64,000 nucleotides of DNA from an uncultured Acidobacteriota bacterium. Lineage in GTDB: Bacteria; Acidobacteriota; Vicinamibacteria; Fen-336. Every line of letters starts with the position of its first letter. Position 1 is the stretch's first letter. Made by a program: the position numbers and the translations under genes. Positions 1-13,260 of this stretch are shown here, one piece after another. Location of the stretch: the NCBI GenBank assembly GCA_963700695.1, contig CAVOYO010000012.1, positions 446,614 to 510,613 of the forward strand, given 5' to 3'. The notes under the pieces are model-generated. The model did not search any database. It was not told where the DNA came from and saw only the letters and a program-made list of their open reading frames with translations.

Positions 1-92
1 CCTCCGTCGGCGACGGAGCCGGCCGCAGTCAGGAACGCGCCGACCCCGAAGATGAGTGCCAGAACGGCGAACGCTCGGACAAGCGTCGTCAT
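1..92 (-). CDS. N-terminal fragment of a secreted/membrane protein (gene continues beyond window start)
   Basis: ATG at 92-90 preceded by AAGGAGG (rc of 99-105). It encodes MTTLVRAFAVLALIFGVGAFLTAAGS..., which looks like a signal peptide or TM segment. Confidence 0.35.
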   Translation of the reverse strand, partial: MTTLVRAFAVLALIFGVGAFLTAAGSVADG

Positions 93-337
93 GAGGTGCC
101 TCCTTGTCACGCTGACCATACTCGTGAGTTCCGGGGGGATCCTAGTGCCGCCACCCGAGACCGTGCAAGCCCGGACTTCGCCCCGATCCCGGTGCGGGAG
201 GTGGGGCCGACTGTGGTAGTTTCTGCCCGGCTCCCCGCCTCGGCCCCACGGTCGGCGAGGAGGATCGACGAGCACGTCGCTCGAGCGTGGTCGAGATTCA
301 CACGACTTCGGTGACACGACACCAAACGAGCAGGGCC

Positions 338-1571
338 ATGAACGCTGAGAACATCTTGCCCGCATCCGTTCGAGTCCGCCTGTCCACGATGATGTTCCTC
401 CAGTTCTTCATCTGGGGGGCCTGGTGGGTCACCATGGGGACCTACCTGCTCCAGGGCCTCAAGTTCACCGGGGTCCAGACGGCGCAGGCCTACAGCACCA
501 TGCCCTGGGGGGCCATCGTGGCGCCCTTCCTCGTTGGAATGGTCGCCGACCGCTTCTTCGCCGCCGAGAGGGTTCTGGGTGTCCTGCACCTGGCCGGGGC
601 GGCCCTGCTCTACCACGTCTCGACCGTCACCGACCCGATCGCCTTCTTCTGGGTGCTGCTGGCCTACTCCCTGTGCTACAACCCGACCCTCGCCCTGGTG
701 AACGCCATCTCCTTCAACCAGATGGCCAGCCCGGAGAAGCAGTTCCCGGCCATCCGGGTCTGGGGGACGGTCGGGTGGATCGTCGCGGGCTGGATGATCG
801 GGCTGCTGGCCATCGAGGACCAGGCCGCCCCGCTGTGCATCGCCGCCGCCTGCTCCGCCGCTGCTCGGGCTGTTCGCGTTCGTCCTGCCCCACACGCCGC
901 CCAAGTCGCTCGGGCGGAAGGTGACGGTGCGCGACGTCCTCGGGCTCGACGCACTGCAGCTCATGAAGGACCGCTCGTTTGCGGTGTTCGTTCTCGGCTC
1001 GCTTCTCATCTGCATCCCCCTCGCCTTCTACTACAGCTTCACCAATGCCTTCCTGAACGAGATGGGAGTCCTCAACGCGGCCGCGGCAAGATGACGATGG
1101 GGCAGATGTCCGAGGTCGTCTTCATGCTGGTGATGCCGTTCGTCTTCGTCCGCCTCGGGGTGAAGCGGATGCTCCTGGTGGGGATGCTGGCCTGGGCCGG
1201 CCGCTACCTGCTCTTCGCCTTCGGCAACGCCCAGGAGCTCGTCTTCATGTACTACCTGCGGCATCATCCTCCACGGCATCTGCTACGACTTCTTCTTCGT
1301 GACCGGACAGATCTACGTCGACAACACCGCTCCCAGGGAGATCCAGGCGAGCGCCCAGGGCTTCATCACCCTCGTCACCTACGGCGTGGGGATGCTGATC
1401 GGGAACTGGATCTCGGGCCCGATCGTGGACATGTACGCGAAGACGGTGGGGGAGACCGTCGTCCACGACTGGACCGCGATCTGGCTGTGGCCGGCGGCGA
1501 TGGCCTTCGTCGTGATCCTGCTCTTCGCCGTCTTCTTCAGGGACGAGGCGAAGACGCCGACGCCGGCCTGA
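338..1571 (+). CDS. MFS nucleoside:H+ symporter, NupG/XapB-like (3 apparent frameshifts)
   Basis: Four pieces read as one 12-TM protein: frame 2 at 338-~855, frame 3 at ~861-1088 (LLGLFAFVLPHTPPKSLG...FYYSFTNAFLNEMGV, not in the ORF track), frame 2 at 1091-~1257, and frame 3 at ~1260-1571. The N-terminus ...RLSTMMFLQFFIWGAWW and the segment GICYDFFFVTGQIYVD match my memory of the NupG family. Confidence 0.7.
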
Positions 1572-1605
1572 GCAGGGAACCGGCATCAGCCGGCTGCCTT
1601 GAGCA

Positions 1606-1695
1606 AAGGACCACAAGAAGAGGGTCGTCGCGGCTTCGGCCCGGGGCGGGCCCCTGAAGCGCCCCCGCCGCGCGCCCCGGGGCTTCGTGGTCCTT
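1606..1695. terminator. Long imperfect GC-rich hairpin between convergent permease genes
   Basis: AAGGACCAC (1606-1614) pairs with GTGGTCCTT inside 1683-1695. An inner stem pairs CCCGGGGCG (~1641-1649) with CGCCCCGGG (~1672-1680). There is no T-tract. Confidence 0.35.
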
Positions 1696-1821
1696 AGCAG
1701 GGCCACCGCCGAGGCCGTGGCCCGAAGAATCTCTTCGTCAGGTCACCGGAGAGATCCTTCGTCGCACGTCCGCGACCGGCTCCTCAGATGATGACCGTGT
1801 CCTTGGTAGTCGCCCTTCCCT

Positions 1822-3245
1822 CTAGCTCGTCTTCGCCTCCCCGCCCGGAAGCGGGATCACCGCGGACAGGAGCCCGGCCTTCGCGCACACGAAGTAGACC
1901 AGGGCGCCGGCCACGAAGGCGAGGACAGGAGCGGCGGGCACGGCCACGCCCAGGTTCGGGAGGATCCCAACGGTGAAGCCCACCGCCCAGGCGATCCACC
2001 CCGCGGGGTTGAAGCCGGCCCGGGGGCCGGTCCACGTCCCCTTGTTCATCAGGTAGTCCACGAACATGGCGCCGCAGATCGGACCGAACGAGGCCCCGAT
2101 GACCACGAACACGGGAACGACCCTGCCCGCGAGCCCCGTCACCGCCAGGACGATGCTGACCGCGGCGCCGATGCCCGACCGAGATGAAGGGGTTGACCTT
2201 CGGCAGGGTCGTCTTGAAGCTGTTGGCGGCGATGAACGACGAGAAGCAGGCGGGAGGGAAGGCGGCTACGGCCAGCAGGAAGGCCATCCACTTGAACGCC
2301 GTCGCCCCCAGGATCACCGGGATCAAGTTGACGGAGTTCAGGATGAAGCCCCGGGACTCTTTCCCGTCGTCCACGGCCTTCACGGCCAGGTCGACCGAGC
2401 CGTAGACCCCGGCCACGATCAGCATGGACAGGCCCGGCGGTCACGATGATGGCCGCGGCGATGCCGACGAGGCCGCCCATCTGGACGTCCTTGCCGTCGC
2501 GGCTGTTCGTGCCGAAGTCCACTCCGGCGGCCCCGGCGGTGGCGAAGAAGCCCACGACGTAGGTCAGGACGAAGGCCAGGACCCCGAACGCCGAGAGAGC
2601 CGGGGGCGCGTCGGGGGCCACCGCCTTGTGGGCCTCGATCAGCTTCGTCGCCTCGAAGCCCGCGATGGACCCGGCGGTCTTCACGAAGAGGATGACGAGG
2701 ATCGCCAGCGGGATCAGGGGGAGGTACGTCGCCACCCTGGCGACGTACTGGATCCCCTTCAGGCCCACGAAGGCGGCCAGGACACCCCAGATCACCATGG
2801 TGACCTGAGGGGGAAGCGGGAGAACGGTGCCCAGCGCCAGGGAAGCGAAGAAGGTGTTGACACCCAGCCATCCGAACTGGAGCACACCCATGAGGAAACC
2901 CGGCATCAGGAACCCGCCCTGGGCCCCGTAGGTCGAGGTCCCCACGATGTAGAGCGGCAGGCCCGTCTTCTGTCCCAGCAGGCCCGGGACCAGGTAGAAG
3001 AGAAAGTGGCAGATGAGTGCCGCCAGCACGAGGCTGGCCAGCGCCCAGGCGACGCCCCCGGCCAGGACGCCTCCGAGGCTCGGGGCGGTGGCTGCGTCCT
3101 GCCAGAACACGAACCAGAGGAAGATACCGGCGTAGGTGGGCGCGGTGTTCTTGTACCAGGGCGCCCGGTTCTCGGCGGGGTTGGGCGTCGCGCTCGTGAT
3201 GTAGTCCGGAAGCTTTGCGGTGGTCGTCTCGTCTTGGTTGCTCAT
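1822..3245 (-). CDS. NCS1-family cytosine/purine permease, CodB-like (2 apparent frameshifts)
   Basis: ORF pieces 2139..3275, 1784..2425 and 1822..2142 join into one ~470-aa polytopic protein. VLQFGWLGVNTFFA, AGAAGVDFGTNSRD and PICGAMFVDYLMNKG align with E. coli CodB segments recalled from memory. Frame switches lie near 2432 and 2172. Confidence 0.65.
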
Positions 3246-3396
3246 GGCGCTCCGATGCGTGGAGCCACGGTCCATGGCGCCGAACCGGCGACCCCACCTG
3301 CTAGCCGTCCTGGTCGGGCCAGCCCGCGTCCCCCGGGAGTGCGGGTCTCACCCGGGCCGTGCAGAGCTGTGAAAAGCTGCCCTCTGCGGCATCGGG

Positions 3397-3425
3397 ACGT
3401 TACTCCGGGCCCCTGGGGCTGTCAA
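3397..3425 (-). promoter_or_regulatory. Putative sigma70-type promoter for the CodB-like gene
   Basis: On the minus strand, TTGACA (3425-3420), a 17-nt spacer, then TAACGT (3402-3397). This would give a ~145-nt leader. Confidence 0.3.
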
Positions 3426-3511
3426 CGCGAACCTCGGGCAGGCTCTGCGGCGAGATGTCTCCGGCTTCCGGCGGGACGCCGCCTCGGGTCAAAGCGGGCG
3501 ACGTCGAAGCG

Positions 3512-4792
3512 TCAGGACGCGAGCTTCCTCTTCGCTTCCGAGTAGGCCAGGGCCCGCTCGAGCCCGTTGTTCTCGGAGGCCACCACCCTCTCGTAGGCCT
3601 GACGCGCCTCGTCCTTCTTGCCGGCGCGCTCGTAGGCCCGCGCGAGCAGTAGCGTCTGGAAGGGGTCGTTGGGATCCCCCTTCTCGAGATGCTCGATCGC
3701 GGCCTTGGGGTCGTCGGCCTCGAGCTTCAGGTAGCCCGCGAGGTAGTGCCAGGCCGGCCAGTACTGCTCGGCCGGCTCGCCGCCCTCCTCGATCATCGCC
3801 TTGATCTGCTCGGCGACGGCCCACGCCTCGTCGTCGCGGCCCATCCGGGCCAGGACGCGCGAGCGGCCGTGCAACAGACGGCCTTCCCAGGTGGCCTTCT
3901 GCTCGTCCGTGAGGCTGCTGCCGGGGACGCTCTCGAAGCCCTCCTCGTAGGCGTTCATGGCCTCCTCGAGGTGACCGTTCTCGAGATTGATCCGGGCCAT
4001 GGAGTTCCAGATGAAGACCTCGGGGAAGGCCTGGTTCTGGCCCGCCTCCCGGTACTCCGCAAGGTAGGTCTTCAGAGACTCGAGAGCGGCGTCGGGGCGA
4101 TCCTCGTACAGATAGGAGAAGGCGACCCCGTAGCGGATGGCGAAGGGGGCCGTGCCCGCCGGCAGAGACGACTCGATCGCCTCGAACGTGGAGCGGGCGG
4201 CCGCGTAGTCGCCCTGGAGGAGGTCCCAGTTGGCCAGAAAGGCCCTGGCCCGCGGGCTCGAGGGTCCGATCTCCTCGCAGCGCAGGAAGGCCTGGCGGGC
4301 CTTCTCGGCCTGGTTGGTGGCCTGGTACAGCTGCCCGAGGATCACCTGCACGAGCCGTTCCTCCGGGTAGTCGCGGGCCAGCGCCTCCATCCCCTCGGTG
4401 ATCTGCTGGACGCGGGGATCGGTGATGGCCTGGATGTCGCGCATGCCGGCCATCGTCTCGATGAAGCGGCGCTCGCCGTCCGAGGCCTCCGGCGCCAGCT
4501 CGAGCGAACGGTCCAGCGGGGCCTGGCCGTTCGGGCCCGGCTGCGTGGCCGAGAGATAGTAGTGGCCCATCGCAAACTCGGGATCGGCCTCGGTGATCTT
4601 GCGCGCCAGCTCGACGCTGTCCGGGCCGAACTGGAAGCTCTCGATCCGCTGCTGAAGCTCGGCGAGGTTCGTCTTCGCTTCGCCGGACTCCGTCGTCCAG
4701 GTGAACTTCCCCTTGGCCTCTCCCGCCCCGGCGGACGCCGCGAGCGCGACCAGGGCCAGCGCGACCAGAACACGACTCTGTACCGTCCGCAT
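3512..4792 (-). CDS. Secreted TPR-repeat protein
   Basis: ATG at 4792 follows GGAGGAGAG. The signal peptide is MRTVQSRVLVALALVALAASAGAG. TPR-like repeats (AxxYxxxG/ALxxxP patterns) run throughout the intact ORF. Confidence 0.75.
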   Translation of the reverse strand: MRTVQSRVLVALALVALAASAGAGEAKGKFTWTTESGEAKTNLAELQQRIESFQFGPDSVELARKITEADPEFAMGHYYLSATQPGPNGQAPLDRSLELAPEASDGERRFIETMAGMRDIQAITDPRVQQITEGMEALARDYPEERLVQVILGQLYQATNQAEKARQAFLRCEEIGPSSPRARAFLANWDLLQGDYAAARSTFEAIESSLPAGTAPFAIRYGVAFSYLYEDRPDAALESLKTYLAEYREAGQNQAFPEVFIWNSMARINLENGHLEEAMNAYEEGFESVPGSSLTDEQKATWEGRLLHGRSRVLARMGRDDEAWAVAEQIKAMIEEGGEPAEQYWPAWHYLAGYLKLEADDPKAAIEHLEKGDPNDPFQTLLLARAYERAGKKDEARQAYERVVASENNGLERALAYSEAKRKLAS

Positions 4793-5076
4793 ACGCTCTC
4801 CTCCAACCATTTGAACGAACCTCGCCCAGGCTTCGGGCTTTCCCGGCAATACGAGAAGGGAGAGCAAGAGGTTCCTCAGCCCACGATCGAGGCCACCGGA
4901 CCTCCGACGACGCGCGACCTCCGGCCGCCTCGTTTGACACGGTCTGCTCGGCGGGAATAGTGTTGCCGCTCAACGGCTTCGAGCCCGCGCCCGGGGCTCC
5001 GTGGACCTTACCGGGACCAGCTCCTCCGGCGCACACCGCGAAACCCGCCTTCTCGACATTCGGGAGAGGAGAGAGC

Positions 5077-6838
<1,762 letters not shown>

Positions 6839-7010
6839 GCCTCTTCGGGGGCGGACAGCCGGCGCGAACGTGGCCGGGGGGCGCCTCCCCCGGTCATGCT
6901 CGTCTTCGGGAAGCGCCCGCGGCGAGGGCATACTTGCCGCTGTCGCGCACCGGTCCGGCCGCGACGCCGCTGATGACCGGCCGGCGCGCACTGACATGCA
7001 AGGGAGAAGG

Positions 7011-9052
7011 ATGATGGCCTTCGGGATCGCGGTGATGACGCTGGCGGCGGCGATGACGGGCACGGGGGACCGGCCCCCGCTCATGCCCTGGCCCGTGTCG
7101 ATCGCACAGACGGACGGCGAGCTGGCCATCGGGCCAGCCTTCCGGATGACCGCCGAGGGGGGCGGCCGGGTCGTCGCCCGCGCGGCGGAGCGTTTCGAGG
7201 GTCGCCTGGCTCACCAGACCGGCCTCGTTCTCCCCCCGCCGGGCCCGGCGACCGGCCGGCCCACGCTCGCGATTCGCTGCGACGAGAGCGGGGAAGCCGG
7301 CCTGCCCCGCCTGGGTATGGACGAGAGCTACACCCTCGAGGTCACGCCCGAAGGGGCGGTGCTGCGGGCCCCGGAGGCGTGGGGCGTTCTCCGTGGCCTG
7401 GAGACCTTCCTGCAGATGGTGACGCCGGGATCCGAGGGCCTGCGCGTCCCGGCGGTGGTGATCGAGGACGCCCCGCGGTTCCCGTGGCGAGGGCTCCTGC
7501 TGGATTCCGCGCGTCACTTCATGCCGGTCGACGTCGTGGAGCGGACGCTCGACGGCCTGGCCGCGGTGAAGATGAACGTGCTGCACTGGCACCTGACCGA
7601 GGACCAGGGCTTCCGGGTCGAGAGCCGCCGCTACCCCCGTCTGCACGAGCTGGGCTCGGACGGGCGCTACTACACGCAGGACGAGATCCGCGGTGTCGTC
7701 GCCTACGCCGCCGATCGGGGGATCCGCGTGGTCCCCGAGTTCGACATCCCCGGACACACGAGCAGCTGGTTCGTGGGGCACCCCGAGCTCGCCACCCTGC
7801 CCGGGCCCTACGAGGTCGCGAGGACGTGGGGCATCCAGGATCCCGTGATGGACCCGACGAAGGACGAGGTCTACGTCTTCCTCGCCGCATTCCTTGGTGA
7901 GATGGTGAACCTCTTCCCGGACGAGTTCCTCCACATCGGTGGCGACGAGGTGAACGGCAGGCACTGGGACGCGTCCGGGTCCATCGCCGCCTTCAAGAAG
8001 GAGCGTGGCCTCGCGGACAACCAGGACCTCCAGGCCCGCTTCAACGCGCGCGTGTCCGCGATCGTCACCGGCCTCGGGAAGCAGATGATGGGTTGGGACG
8101 AGATCCTGCATTCCGATCTGCCGCGAGAGACGGTGGTGCAGTCCTGGCGCGGGCCGGAATCGCTCGCGGCGGCGGCAGAGCAGGGATTTCGCGGCGTCCT
8201 GAGCAACGGGTACTACGTCGACCTGATCCACCCCGCCGCCCGGCACTACGCGGTGGAGCCGTTCGCCGGGGGGCGGACGAGCTGAGCGCGTCGGCCCGGG
8301 CCCGCATCCTGGGAGGCGAGGCCTGCATGTGGTCGGAGTTCGTCACCGCCGAGACGGTCGACTCGCGCATCTGGCCCCGGACCGCGGCTATCGCCGAGCG
8401 CCTCTGGTCGCCGCGCGAGGTGGCCGACGTCGAGGACATGTACGCGCGCCTGGAGGCCACGAGCCGGTGGCTGGAGTGGCTGGGACTCGACCACCGTGCG
8501 GGCTACCCGCGGATGCTCCAACGGCTGGCCGGCGAGCGGCACGGGGAGCTCCGCGAGCTCGCCGACGTCGTGGAGCCGCTCGAGGACTACCGACGCAGCC
8601 GCACGGGCAAGTACACGTCGTTCACGCCGCTCAACCGCCTGGTCGACGCCGCCCGGCCGGAGAGTCCGGCCGCCCGCCGCTTCTCGGGCGACGTCGACGC
8701 GCTCCTCGCCGATCCCGCGCGAGAGGCCGGCCGGGACGGAATCCGCACCCGGCTCGCCGCCTGGCAGGAGCTCGACGACCGGCTCCGCCCCCTCCTCGAA
8801 GGCGCGGGGATGCTCCGCGAGCTGGTCCCGCTGGCGGCCGAGGTCTCTCGCCTCGCCGGCGTCGGTCTCGAGGCCCTGGGCTTCGTCGAGGGGGGAGCCG
8901 CGGCCCCGGAGTCGTGGTGGACGCAGAGCGCCCCGCTCCTCAAGGAGCCGGACGAGCGGCCCCATGCCCTGGAGGTGGCGTTCCGGCCGGCGATAGTGAG
9001 GCTCGTCGACGCCGCGAGGGGCGCGACGTCGTCGCCGGGGGGGCAGAGATGA
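7011..9052 (+). CDS. GH20 beta-N-acetylhexosaminidase (1 apparent frameshift)
   Basis: GH20 motifs are present: DAPRFPWRGLLLDSARHF, HWHLTEDQGFR, VPEFDIPGH, HIGGDE, and after the frameshift GGEACMWSE. The switch falls in a G-run at ~8266-8275. The N-terminus is signal-like (MMAFGIAVMTLAAAM). Confidence 0.85.
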
Positions 9053-10008
9053 GCGCCCGCCGGCGACCCACGGCCACGATCGCGCCGGGGACCGTATCCC
9101 GCGCGGCGGCGGCCCTGATCCGCACGTACGGGGACACCGACCCCGCCGCCCACAACCTCGACGTCACCGGACGCCTGCCCTCGCCGAAGCGGACGATCTC
9201 GGTGCTGGAGAAGCTGATCGAGGTGCTCTACCCCGGGATCCACGGGAACCCCCACCTCACCCGGGGCAACGTGGACCTGCACATCAGCGCTCTCCTGGAC
9301 GACATCGCGGCCGAGCTCGTCGAGCAGGCGGCGGTGGCCCTGCACTGGAGCTGCCGGCGCACGGGGACGAGCTGCGACAAGTGCCAGGCCGCGGCCCGCA
9401 AGGCGGTGAGCCGGTTTCTCGGGACCCTCGCCCGCGTGCGCCGCCTCCTGGCCCTCGACATCCGCGCCGCCTACGAGGGAGACCCGGCGGCCCGGAGCTT
9501 CCAGGAGATCATGCTGGCCTACCCCGGCCTGCAGGCGGTGACCACCTACCGCCTCGCCCACGAGCTTCACCGGCTGGGGGTGCCGCTCCTCGCCCGCATC
9601 ATGACCGAGCACGCCCACCGGGAGACCGGGATCGACATCCACCCCGGCGCAAAGATCGGCAAGAGCTTCTTCATCGACCACGGCACCGGGGTGGTGATCG
9701 GCGAGACCTCGACCATCGGCCGGAACGTGAAGATCTACCAGGGGGTCACACTGGGGGCCCTCTCCATCCCCCGCGACGAGCGGGGAAACGTGATCCGGGG
9801 GAAGAAGCGGCACCCGACGATCGAGGACGACGTCGTGATCTACGCGGGCGCCACGATTCTCGGAGGTGATACCGTAGTGGGAAAGGGCTCGGTGGTGGGC
9901 GGGAACACGTGGGTCATCCACTCGGTCCCGCCCCGCAGCCGGGTGATTTCCACACCACAGGAGCAGAAGATCGAGCGCAAGCGGGCCGGGCGCCGCGCCT
10001 TGCGCTGA
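9049..10008 (+). CDS. cysE: Serine O-acetyltransferase
   Basis: ATG at 9049 overlaps the GH20 stop (ATGA). The left-handed beta-helix hexapeptide region is GIDIHPGAKIGKSFFIDHGTGVVIGETSTIGRNVKIYQGVTLG. Confidence 0.85.
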   Translation: MSARRRPTATIAPGTVSRAAAALIRTYGDTDPAAHNLDVTGRLPSPKRTISVLEKLIEVLYPGIHGNPHLTRGNVDLHISALLDDIAAELVEQAAVALHWSCRRTGTSCDKCQAAARKAVSRFLGTLARVRRLLALDIRAAYEGDPAARSFQEIMLAYPGLQAVTTYRLAHELHRLGVPLLARIMTEHAHRETGIDIHPGAKIGKSFFIDHGTGVVIGETSTIGRNVKIYQGVTLGALSIPRDERGNVIRGKKRHPTIEDDVVIYAGATILGGDTVVGKGSVVGGNTWVIHSVPPRSRVISTPQEQKIERKRAGRRALR

Positions 10009-10027
10009 CGGGGGCAGGGGGAGATCT

Positions 10028-10997
10028 ATGGCACGCATCTACGATTCGATCGTGGACACGATCGGGCGCACGCCGCTCGTGCGGGCGCCGCGATGCTCGG
10101 CGGGGCTGGGAGGCGACGTGGTCTTCAAGCTCGAGTCGTTCAACCCGATGGCGAGCGTGAAGGACCGCATCGGGCAGTCGATGGTCCAGGACGCGCTCGA
10201 GCGGGGGGTCATCAAGGAAGGGACGACGGTGATCGAGCCCACCTCCGGAAACACCGGGGTCGGGCTGGCCTTCGTCTGCGCCGCGAAGCGGATCCCGTTG
10301 ATCCTCACGATGCCCGACACCATGTCCGTCGAGCGGCGGAAGATCCTCGCCGCCCTCGGCGCCCGCCTCGTCCTCACCGAGGGGGCCAAGGGCATGAAGG
10401 GGGCGATGGCCAGGGCCGAGGAGATCCAGCGGGAGACCCCCGACTCGATCATCATCGGCCAGTTCGTGAACCCGGCGAACCCGGCCATCCACCGCCGGAC
10501 GACCGCGGTCGAGATCTGGGACGACACGGACGGGGGCGTCGACATCCTGGTGGCCGGGGTCGGGAACGGGGGGAACGATCACCGGGTGCGGCGAGGTGCT
10601 CAAGGAGCGCAAGCCGTCGCTGAAGGTGGTGGCGGTCGAGCCCGTCGATTCTCCCGTCCTCTCCCAGACGAAGGCGGGGGAGGAGCTGAAGCCGGGCCCG
10701 CACAAGATCCAGGGAATCGGCGCCGGGTTCGTGCCCGAGGTGCTGAACCTCGACGTCGTCGACGAGGTCGTCAAGGTCTCGAATGACGAGGCCCTGCAGA
10801 CCGCGCGGCGCCTCTGCCGCGAGGACGGGCTGATGGTGGGGATCTCGAGCGGGGCGGTGGGATTCACCGCGCTGCAGCTCGCCGCCCGCCCCGAGAACGC
10901 GGGCAAGATGATCGTGGCGGTGCTGGCCAGCCACGGCGAGAGGTACCTGTCGACCGCGCTCTACGACTTCCCGGAGGAGTCGGCGGGCCCGTCGTGA
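10028..10997 (+). CDS. cysK: Cysteine synthase A (O-acetylserine sulfhydrylase) (1 apparent frameshift)
   Basis: PLP-lysine motif SVKDR and TSGNTG are present. [10 protein letters not shown] is restored only by dropping one base near 10565 (observed ...gtcgggaacgggggg...). The C-terminal piece is ORF 10596..10997. Confidence 0.9.
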
Positions 10998-11050
10998 GCC
11001 GGTGAGCGGTTCCGCCCGCCGATCGGGGCGGGCGGTATCATTCGGATCTC

Positions 11051-11737
11051 ATGGTCACCGCCGAAGACGTCCGCCAGAGCAGCCCGTTCTTCCGCCGACT
11101 CTCGGAGGTCGACCTCGAACGGCTGGCGGGGATCGCCGTCTCGCGGACCTACGAGAAGGGCGACGTCGTGTTCTCCGAGGGCGACGCCCCCGCCTACCTC
11201 CACACGATCGCCCGCGGGCGCGTGAAGATGGTCAAGCGGATGTCCTCCGGCAAGGAGGTCATCCTGGAGATCATGGGCCCGGGCGACCCCCTCGGAGCGG
11301 TGGTGGCCTACGAGGGCCGCCCCTATCCTGCCACCGCGGTCGCCCTCGAGCAGACGGAGGGCCTGCTCCTGCCTCGCTCCGAGCTGTTCGCCATGCTGGA
11401 GCAGCACCCGTCCGTCGTGCGGGGGTTCCTGTCCGGGATGGCGCGGCGCATCGTCGAGCTGACGCAGCGGATCCCCGAGGTGGCGGGGGGACGGGTGGAG
11501 ACGCGCTTCGCCATCCTCTTCCGGAAGCTGAGCGAGAACCTGGGCCGCCCGGAGGGCGATGCGGTGTTCATCCCCCTCTCACTCGGTCGTCAGGACCTCG
11601 CCGACCTCACCGGCACCACGCTCGAGACCTCGATCCGCGTCATGAGCCGGTGGGGGAAGGAGGGCATCGTCCTCACCGAGGAGGGCGGCTTCCGCGTCGA
11701 GGACAAGGAGACGCTCGAGCGCCTGGCCGACGCCTGA
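11051..11737 (+). CDS. Crp/Fnr-family transcriptional regulator
   Basis: An N-terminal cNMP-binding fold (YEKGDVVFSEGDAPAYLHTIARGRVK) is followed by a C-terminal HTH (RQDLADLTGTTLETSIRVMSRW). Confidence 0.85.
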   Translation: MVTAEDVRQSSPFFRRLSEVDLERLAGIAVSRTYEKGDVVFSEGDAPAYLHTIARGRVKMVKRMSSGKEVILEIMGPGDPLGAVVAYEGRPYPATAVALEQTEGLLLPRSELFAMLEQHPSVVRGFLSGMARRIVELTQRIPEVAGGRVETRFAILFRKLSENLGRPEGDAVFIPLSLGRQDLADLTGTTLETSIRVMSRWGKEGIVLTEEGGFRVEDKETLERLADA

Positions 11738-11869
11738 CTGCTGAAACGACGACCATCGAGACGCGGTCGCCGACCGCACAGACGCGCCGTCCAGATCGGC
11801 CTCCCCCCTCGGCCGCAGCGGGCGGCAGGCCGGACCGGCTAGACCAGCTCTCGCAGAAGCTCGAGGGCG

Positions 11870-12136
11870 TCACCCCCGGATGCCCTCGGGCGTCTCGAAG
11901 TCTCGCTTTCCGGTCGCCGACAGCTGGTAGGCCTCGGCGTCCGGGAACCGCCGCTTCAGGTACCTGAGAGCCTTGTCGACCGGAGCGTCGCCCCATTTGC
12001 ACTCGACCAGTAACCTCGGGACGCGCGCCTCCGTCACGACGAAATCGACCTCCCGTCCCGTCACGTCCCTGAAGTAGCGCAGTCCTCCTCGAGGTGCACC
12101 CTTCAGAAGGTGCGCCGGTCTCGAACTGGAGGGCAC
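11870..12136 (-). pseudogene. C-terminal remnant of a DUF4143-type AAA ATPase gene
   Basis: ...LRYFRDVTGREVDFVVTEARVPRLLVECKWGD matches the DUF4143 C-terminal signature (WRD..g.EVDFV....iEvK). No ATPase domain can be read upstream in any frame. Confidence 0.5.
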
Positions 12137-12301
12137 GGTCCTCCCGCAGCGCGAGAGTGCCGTTCCTCTTCACTGCGAGCTGGGTGCGTCCAGCCCTCGC
12201 CGAGCGGCTCGAAGCCGCCCATCTCCACGTCGAAGACACCGGAAGGACGGCGGCTCGCGGACCCGCCGCACAGAAGCCGATCCTTCTCCACCCAGAACTG
12301 C

Positions 12302-13260
12302 GGCGTCGTGGGAGCGCATCGGCTACGCGCGGCTGTCCGACGACCCGGCGGAGCGGCTGGGGCTGTCGGCCCGCTGGGTTCGGGACCTGGCCCAGGTCGG
12401 GCTGAAGCTGGACGCCTTTCCCCGGCTGGAGGAGGCTCAGGTCTCGGGCACGCTGGGCTGGACGAAGGTGCGCCTCTTGGCCCGTCTGCCCCGGGAGGAG
12501 GACGAGGAGGCCTGGATCGCCCACGCCCGTAGCGTGACCGCGGAGAAGCTCTCTCGAGAGGTGCGGGCGGTGGATCGGGGCTCTGTTGAAGCGGGAGCGG
12601 CCGAGGAGGACGGCGCAGAGCCGCCTCTTCGAGGTGCGCTGCCGCCCCGAGGTGCGCTGGAAGTGGCACGCGGCCCGGGGGGCGGCCGTGCGCGAGGCAG
12701 GCCACGTGCTCCACGTCTCCGAGGCGGCGGAGCTGATCGCGGCCGAGGTCCTCTCGGCCCTGCCGATCGACGAGCGAGAAATCGGTGCCGCGCCGAAGGG
12801 TACGAGAGAGCCTGTGGTCGGGGGCGACCGGGGAATCGGTGCCAAGCGGATGGAGGGGAGGAGCCCCTCCCCGCGACCGACCAGGGCCTCGGCGCCACCG
12901 CAGACACGGCCGTGCGCCCTCCCTGGCGAAAGAAGGGAGTCGAGCCGGCGAGTCCGATCTCTGAGTTTCCCTGCCCGTCTCCCCCCTCATTGAAGCCTCT
13001 CCTCGAGGGGCTCAGGGAGGTCGACGCCTTTGGGCTCGACGAGCGCTTCCGGCGAGCCCTCGCGATGGAGCGGCGTCTCGAGGCCCGCATCGGACCCCTC
13101 CTCGCCCTCGTCTGGGAGCGCTGGGTGCATCGGGCGCTGGGCTACACGACCCGCGAGGCCTACGCCCGCGAGCGTCTCGGGATGGACCCCACCCGCGCCC
13201 GGGCTCTCGTGCGTCTCGAGCGCGCGGCCGTCCAGAGCGAGCCCTTCGCCCGCACCTACA
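12302..13260 (+). pseudogene. Truncated, frameshifted HNH-endonuclease/DUF222-like selfish gene remnant
   Basis: There are two internally repeated helical modules: WERIGYARLSDDPAERLGLSARWVRDLAQV... and ...ALGYTTREAYARERLGMDPTRARALVRLERAA.... The middle part (RLFEVRCRPEVRWKWHAARGAA...) is in another frame. There is no start codon and no HNH domain, and the gene is cut off by the 3' end of the next gene. Confidence 0.45.

Noticed and set aside
11870-12136. The DUF4143 ATPase as an active defence or mobile-element gene.
   Set aside because: Only the C-terminal ~85 aa are readable. The P-loop region cannot be recovered upstream in any frame.
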